A DNA stretch of 58,391 nucleotides, the filler included, from Nemertoderma westbladi (Eukaryota; Animalia; Xenacoelomorpha), in assembly GCA_032718475.1 (NCBI GenBank). It is 2 parts of 2 records of this genome, joined end to end, with 100 filler letters (N's around TTAATTAATTAA, not from the genome) between each part and the next. Parts side by side here need not be neighbours in the genome. Positions count along the whole stretch, not along the records: positions 27,332 to 58,391 come from JAUCBJ010001641.1; 1 more part is not named here. The stretch is one strand, 5' to 3'. The notes under the pieces are model-generated. The model ran no database searches. It saw nothing but the letters and a program-made list of their open reading frames with translations, and had not been told where the DNA came from. Shown here one piece after another: positions 52,300 to 58,391 of this stretch; positions within the stretch are counted from its first letter, which is position 1; every line of letters starts with the position of its first letter. Position numbers and translations under genes: made by a program.

Positions 52300-53917
52300 C
52301 GTGTTGGGAAGTGGAAAAATCACTTCAGCAACTTACTTGGGCAGCCACCAAACATCGAGGTCAGCCCTACAAGGAAAATATATGACAAGACACTACCTAT
52401 AGAAACAGGGGACTTCACACCTGCCGAACTCCAAAGAAGCATTAAAAGCATGTCCAATAATAAAGCGAGTGGATTAGATGAAATCCCAGCGGAGGTATGG
52501 AAAACCGCAGTGCTAAATAGACCATTATTGAATGTTTGCAACCGGATGTTAAAAGGGGAAAAGCCACCACCAATTTGAACTAAAGGTCAACTAAAGCCTC
52601 TCCCCAAGAAAGGAGACCTAGGCATACCAACAAACTATCGTGGGATCTGTCTGCTTGTGGTAGCTGCCAAAATATACAATAAAATGATTCTATATAGGAT
52701 TAGGCCTCACATAGAGAAACTACTGCGTAAGAGCCAAAACGGATTTCGACCAAGTAGATCAACAATAGCTCAGATACATGCACTACGGAGACTGATTGAA
52801 GGAATTAAGTCAAAGAATCTCCCCGCAGTCATGACTTTTGTGGACTTCAAGAAGGCATTCGACTCCATCCATAGAGGTAAAATGCTTGAAATCCTAAGAG
52901 CTTATGGAATACCAGAAGTAATTGTTGCTGGCATTGGATTGTTATATTGTGACACAGAAGCGCAGGTACTCTCACCAGATGGTGAAACTGAGTTTTTCTC
53001 AATCCTGGCTGGCGTACTGCAAGGTGAGACATTAGCACCATTACTATTTGTAATTGCGCTGGATTACGCAATGAGGACGGCCACAAAGGGTGAAGATCTG
53101 GGATTCACACTACAAGAACGCAGAAGTAGTAGATATCCGGCAACTACAGTCACAGACACCGACTTTGCGGATGACATCGCCCTGCTCTCTAATACGCTAG
53201 CAGATGCACAGCTTCTACTAAATAAAGTGGAGAGGGCTGCTAAGGAGGTTGGATTGCATATAAATGCTACCAAGACCGAATTCATGACCTTTAATGTTGA
53301 TGGAAACTTGACAACCATTGATAATAATCAACTAAGGAAGGTCGATGACTTCCAGTACCTTGGATCATGGATAGAGAGTAGCAAAAAGGACATAGAAGTT
53401 AGGAAAGCAAAGGCTTGGGTAGCTCTATCAAAAATGGATACCATCTGGAAATCAGATCTCTCCAGGCACCTGAAGACTAAGTTCTTTCGAGCCACAGTGG
53501 AAAGTGTATTTTTATACGGGGGTGAGACCTGGACACTGACTAAATCACTTAAACAACGAATTGATGGTTGCTACACAAGACTACTAAGGGCAGCCCTAAA
53601 CATCAGCTGGAGACAACACATGACAAACGCCGAGCTTTATGGTACAATACCACCTGTATCAACCACCCTCCGTGAACGCAGATTAAGATTCAGTGGGCAC
53701 TGCTGGCGAAGTAAAGACGAGGTCATACCAGATCTACTTCTCTGGCAACCAACTCATGGAAAGCGTAGTCGTGGACGACCTGCCATAACATATATAGACC
53801 AGCTTGAAAGGGATACTGAACTTGGGAGAAACGAAATTGCGACAACTATGGAGAATCGGGAAGCCTGGAAGGATCTCATTTCCACTGTCCGAGTTCGTTC
53901 GACCTAGTAGTAGTTGG
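52300..53917 (+). mobile_element. RTE-like LINE family B, 5'-truncated, near-intact RT domain, 9-bp TSD
   Basis: KASGLDEIP, PKKGD...NYRGI, QNGFR, FVDFKKAFDSI, GVLQGETLAPLLF, DFADD, FQYLGS; one in-frame TGA at ~52577; no endonuclease domain; (TAG)n tail; AGAATGTAA at 52291-52299 and 53918-53926. Confidence 0.95.
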
Positions 53918-54359
53918 AGAATGTAAAATAAACGGGTAAAACCTCGAGTCTTACACCCCACAAACTCGAGGTTTCACCTGTTTATTTTATATATATATAA
54001 TAGCCTCCTGTTAGTCAGTATGTCGACCTTTAATTATCAATTTAAAGAATGTGTTTGACTGTGATCCATTACTAAATTATGTAACAAACTGTATAATAGT
54101 GAATAATGAGTACTATGTTTGATTATTGATTGTGATCCACAATTTGTACATAACTGGCAGTAAACATAAACTTTTCAAAAATTAATTCTTAAACTTTTGA
54201 AAAATGCATTATTATCTTATTATCTTTTAAACACCCATTGTTATCTTTAGCAATTATAATTTATGAAAGTGCCAGAAAAATATTTAACAATTAGCATTGA
54301 CCACAAAACTGTCCTAAAAATGTAATGGTGGCCCTCACTACGGTTTTATATAATTTGTA

Positions 54360-56830
54360 TATATCACCAATGTAGTGTAGCAAACGATATACCACCAATG
54401 TAATGTAGCAAACGATATACCACCAATGTAATGTAGCAAACGATATACCACCAATGTAATGTAGCAAACGATATACCACCAATGTAATGTAGCAAACGAT
54501 ATGCCACCAATGTAATGTAGCAAACGATATACCACCAATGTAATATAGCAAACGATATACCACCAATGTAATGTAGCAAACGATATACCACCAATGTAAT
54601 GTAGCAAACGATATACCACCAATGTAATGTAGCAAACGATATACCACCAATGTAATGTAGCAAACGATATACCACCAATGTAATGTAGCAAACGATATAC
54701 CACCAATGTAATGTAGCAAACGATATGCCACCAATGTAATGTAGCAAACGATATACCACCAATGTAATATAGCAAACGATATACCACCAATGTAATGTAG
54801 CAAACGATATACCACCAATGTAATGTAGCAAACGATATACCACCAATGTATTGTAGCAAACGATATACCACCAATGTAATGTAGCAAACGATATACCACC
54901 AATGTAATGTAGCAAACGATATACCACCAATGTAATGTAGCAAACGATATACCACCAATGTAATGTAGCAAACGATATGCCACCAATGTAATGTAGCAAA
55001 CGATATACCACCAATGTAATATAGCAAACGATATACCACCAATGTAATGTAGCAAACGATATACCACCAATGTAATGTAGCAAACGATATACCACCAATG
55101 TAATGTAGCAAACGATATACTACCAATGTAATGTAGCAAACGATATACCACCAATGTAATGTAGCAAACGATATACCACCAATGTAATGTAGCAAACGAT
55201 ATACCACCAATGTAATATAGCAAACGATATACCACCAATGTAATGTAGGAAGTGATATACCCCAATGTAATGTAGCAAACGATATACCATCAATGTAATG
55301 TAGCAAACGATATACCACCAATGTAATGTAGCAAACGATATACCACCAATGTAATGTAGGAAGTGATATACCACCAATGTAATGTAGCAAACGATATACC
55401 ACCAATGTAATGTAGCAAACGATATACCACCAATGTAATGTAGCAAACGATATACCACCAATGTAATGTAGCAAACGATATACCACCAATGTAATGTAGC
55501 AAACGATATACCACCAATGTAATGTAGCAAACGATATACCACCAATGTAATGTAGCAAACGATATACCACCAATGTAATGTAGCAAACGATATACCACCA
55601 ATGTAATGTAGCAAACGATATACCACCAATGTAATGTAGCAAACGATATACCACCAATGTAATGTAGCAAACGATATACCACCAATGTAATGTAGCAAAC
55701 GATATACCACCAATGTAATGTAGCAAACGATATGCCACCAATGTAATGTAGCAAACGATATACCACCAATGTAATATAGCAAACGATATACCACCAATGT
55801 AATGTAGCAAACGATATACCACCAATGTAATGTAGCAAACGATATACCACCAATGTAATGTAGCAAACGATATACCACCAATGTAATGTAGCAAACGATA
55901 TACCACCAATGTAATGTAGCAAACGATATACCACCAATGTAATGTAGCAAACGATATACCACCAATGTAATGTAGCAAACGATATGCCACCAATGTAATG
56001 TAGCAAACGATATACCACCAATGTAATATAGCAAACGATATACCACCAATGTAATGTAGCAAACGATATACCACCAATGTAATGTAGCAAACGATATACC
56101 ACCAATGTAATGTAGCAAACGATATACCACCAATGTAATGTAGCAAACGATATACCACCAATGTAATGTAGCAAACGATATACCACCAATGTAATGTAGC
56201 AAACGATATACCACCAATGTAATATAGCAAACGATATACCACCAATGTAATGTAGGAAGTGATATACCCCAATGTAATGCAGCAAACGATATACCATCAA
56301 TGTAATGTAGCAAACGATATACCACCAATGTAATGTAGCAAACGATATACCACCAATGTAATGTAGGAAGTGATATACCACCAATGTAATGTAGCAAACG
56401 ATATACCACCAATGTAATGTAGCAAACGATATACCACCAATGTAATGTAGCAAACGATATACCACCAATGTAATGTAGCAAACGATATACCACCAATGTA
56501 ATGTAGCAAACGATATACCACCAATGTAATGTAGCAAACGATATACCACCAATGTAATGTAGCAAACTATATACCACCAATGTAATGTAGCAAACGATAA
56601 ACCACCAATGTAATGTAGCAAACGATATACCACCAATGTAATGTAGCAAACGATATACCACCAATGTAATGTAGCAAACGATATACCACCAATGTAATGT
56701 AGGAAGCGATATACCACCAATGTAATGTAGCAAACGATATACCACCAATGTAATGTAGCAAACGATATACCACCAATGTAATGTAGCAAACGATATACCA
56801 CCAATGTAATGTAGAAAGCGATATACCACC
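54360..56830. repeat. 28-bp tandem array, ~88 copies, with a ~1.0-kb higher-order duplication
   Basis: Unit accaatgtaatgtagcaaacgatatacc; the variant cluster (aggaagtgatatacccc) recurs 1007 bp apart. Confidence 0.97.
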
Positions 56831-57065
56831 GAAATGAGAATCATCAAAATTAAGCAAAACTGTGAATTTTTTTTGGCCTGCATGAGATTTTAAACATTTC
56901 ACTAAAAACACTCTTCCTATATCAGTATATTTCCCATTGATTTTCATTTTGGATAAAAAATTTTTGGAACCAGCATGTTAATTTACATATCATATAGCAT
57001 ATATAGCACTCAATATCCATATAATAATATTGATAATGATTCCCTATGTAAAACCAACACAATAG

Positions 57066-57152
57066 ATTAGCCGTTACGCTACAATTAGCCGTAACGCGAC
57101 TTTGAAAGTCGCGTTACGACTAATCTCCCAAAAAATTAGCCGTAACGCGACA
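57066..57152. repeat. Cluster of direct and inverted attagccgtaacgcgac motifs (probable DNA-transposon subterminal region)
   Basis: Hairpin attagccgtaacgcgacttt-g-aaagtcgcgttacgactaat plus two further copies of the motif. Confidence 0.5.
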
Positions 57153-57279
57153 ACACCTGCACAACAAAGTGTTTATAAGCGGTTACTGTAATGTATGTTA
57201 TTTCTTATTTTCTATTGTGCGTTTAATATAGAACTTTATTTGATTTTTCTTTGGGAATTAAATTGAATTGATTACGATT

Positions 57280-57547
57280 GTAGTCAAGTTTCTATTAACA
57301 TTAAATAAAAGACATGAATTCGGACTTGATAGCAAAATGCAATCCAACCTCCTTAGCAGCCCTCTCCACTTTATTTAGTAGAAGCTGTGCATCTGCTAGC
57401 GTATTAGAGAGCAGGGCGATGTCATCCGCAAAGTCGGTGTCTGTGACTGTAGTTGCCGGATATCTACTACTTCTGCGTTCTTGTAGTGTGAATCCCAGAT
57501 CTTCACCCTTTGTGGCCGTCCTCATTGCGTAATCCAGCACAATTACA
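57280..57547 (-). mobile_element. RTE family B internal fragment (DFADD region)
   Basis: LDYAMRTATKGEDLG...DFADDIALLSN...KEVGLH, the same peptide as encoded at ~53059-53259. Confidence 0.92.
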
Positions 57548-57839
57548 GTACAAATAGTAATCGCGCAAATAAACATGTTGGTTGAGAAACAGCTGAGATA
57601 TTGGCGTAAAAAAATTATTTGTTCTACATCTGTGCGAGGCTGTGGGATTTCAAACATTCTAGAACATAGTTGTAAAAATAAAATTTAACCAAAACATAAT
57701 TCTAGACTTGAACAACACCTACAGAACCTACATGCGCCAAGATTCCAGCATTCTACATATAGGAAGACCGATAATTGGTTCCCCCATGACATTATAATTT
57801 AAATGCATAGAACCAAGAATAAATTAAATATCACAGGAC

Positions 57840-58391
57840 ATTACTTTCGCCGTGAGGAGTAGCCCTTGCATGATCTTGTGCTTTAGCTCCTCACTGAGAC
57901 ATGGTGCACGTGCACAGCCCATAACATTCTTGAGACGCCTCGTAAAGGACACTGGCCTTGAAAATAATCTCGCGAGAAGTCATGGGTGATATGGAATTGT
58001 TCAGTGTTTAAATCTCCGAAACCCTTTTATTTATATAAAATTTATTACTTAGACTTACCTTTTCGGCGGACAAAATGTCCTATATTTTTCGTAATTTATG
58101 GGATAGCCTATTTCGTGCAATACTTACCGGAACCTGTAGTTTAGTTACTGTATGGTTTGGTGAAATTTTTCTTGTGGTAGTTGGGTTGGGTTATGTAGCA
58201 CTAAAATCGATTTGGTATTTTGTGTTTTTTGATGGGCCTAGTGCAGTAGTGCCTGAGTACTAACAGTGGCCCAAGTGGCCCTAAATGCTAGGTAGTATCT
58301 GAGAGGATAGACCCCATGTCCTATTTTATTGTTTTCATATGGAATTGTGGCGGCGCAATTTTGTCGATAAACCGCTAAATAGCATTATTAA
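57840..58391 (+). mobile_element. Degenerate RTE family A 3' fragment interrupted by a 336-bp insertion
   Basis: ctttcgccgtgagga...aaggacactggccttgaa...gtcatgggtgata matches family A. The sequence resumes at 58349 (ggcggcgcaattttgtcga) after a duplicated ATATGGAATTGT. Confidence 0.75.

Noticed and set aside
52657-53907. 416-aa RT ORF as an active or domesticated gene
   Set aside because: 5'-truncated with an upstream in-frame stop, no endonuclease, flanked by a TSD, and near-identical fragments occur elsewhere in the window; an ordinary dead-on-arrival LINE copy.
54291-56947. Hydrophobic repeat ORFs of up to 644 aa
   Set aside because: The 28-bp unit has no stops on the minus strand, so all three frames give the same 28-aa cycle.

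Overview
AT-rich, repeat-dense genomic DNA from an animal (inferred invertebrate; no prokaryotic signal). It is probably two contigs joined by a synthetic 100-nt linker at 27232-27331, and an untrimmed amplification-adapter dimer sits at 27830-27881. Three host genes are supported. (1) A rhodopsin-class peptide GPCR (minus, 3841-5302) whose only interruption is a 350-bp TIR element flanked by TA duplications; removing it precisely restores the reading frame, so it is a candidate transposon-derived intron. (2) An intronless TNF-receptor-family gene with a death domain (minus, 47312-48457) whose last codons and stop form the first unit of a 51-bp tandem array. (3) An intronless DUF1771+Smr nuclease gene (plus, 49553-50257) with an N-terminal MG and a C-terminal CaaX motif, head-to-head with the TNFR gene. 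The rest is two RTE-like LINE families, a LINE ORF1 remnant, a defective CACTA/EnSpm element, a Kolobok-like element, Helentron/DINE-like elements, MITEs and tandem arrays (about 17, 18, 28, 32, 37, 42, 46, 51 and 59 bp units). The long ORFs over these arrays are artefacts of the repeats. All family assignments come from motif recognition by eye, not from database searches.
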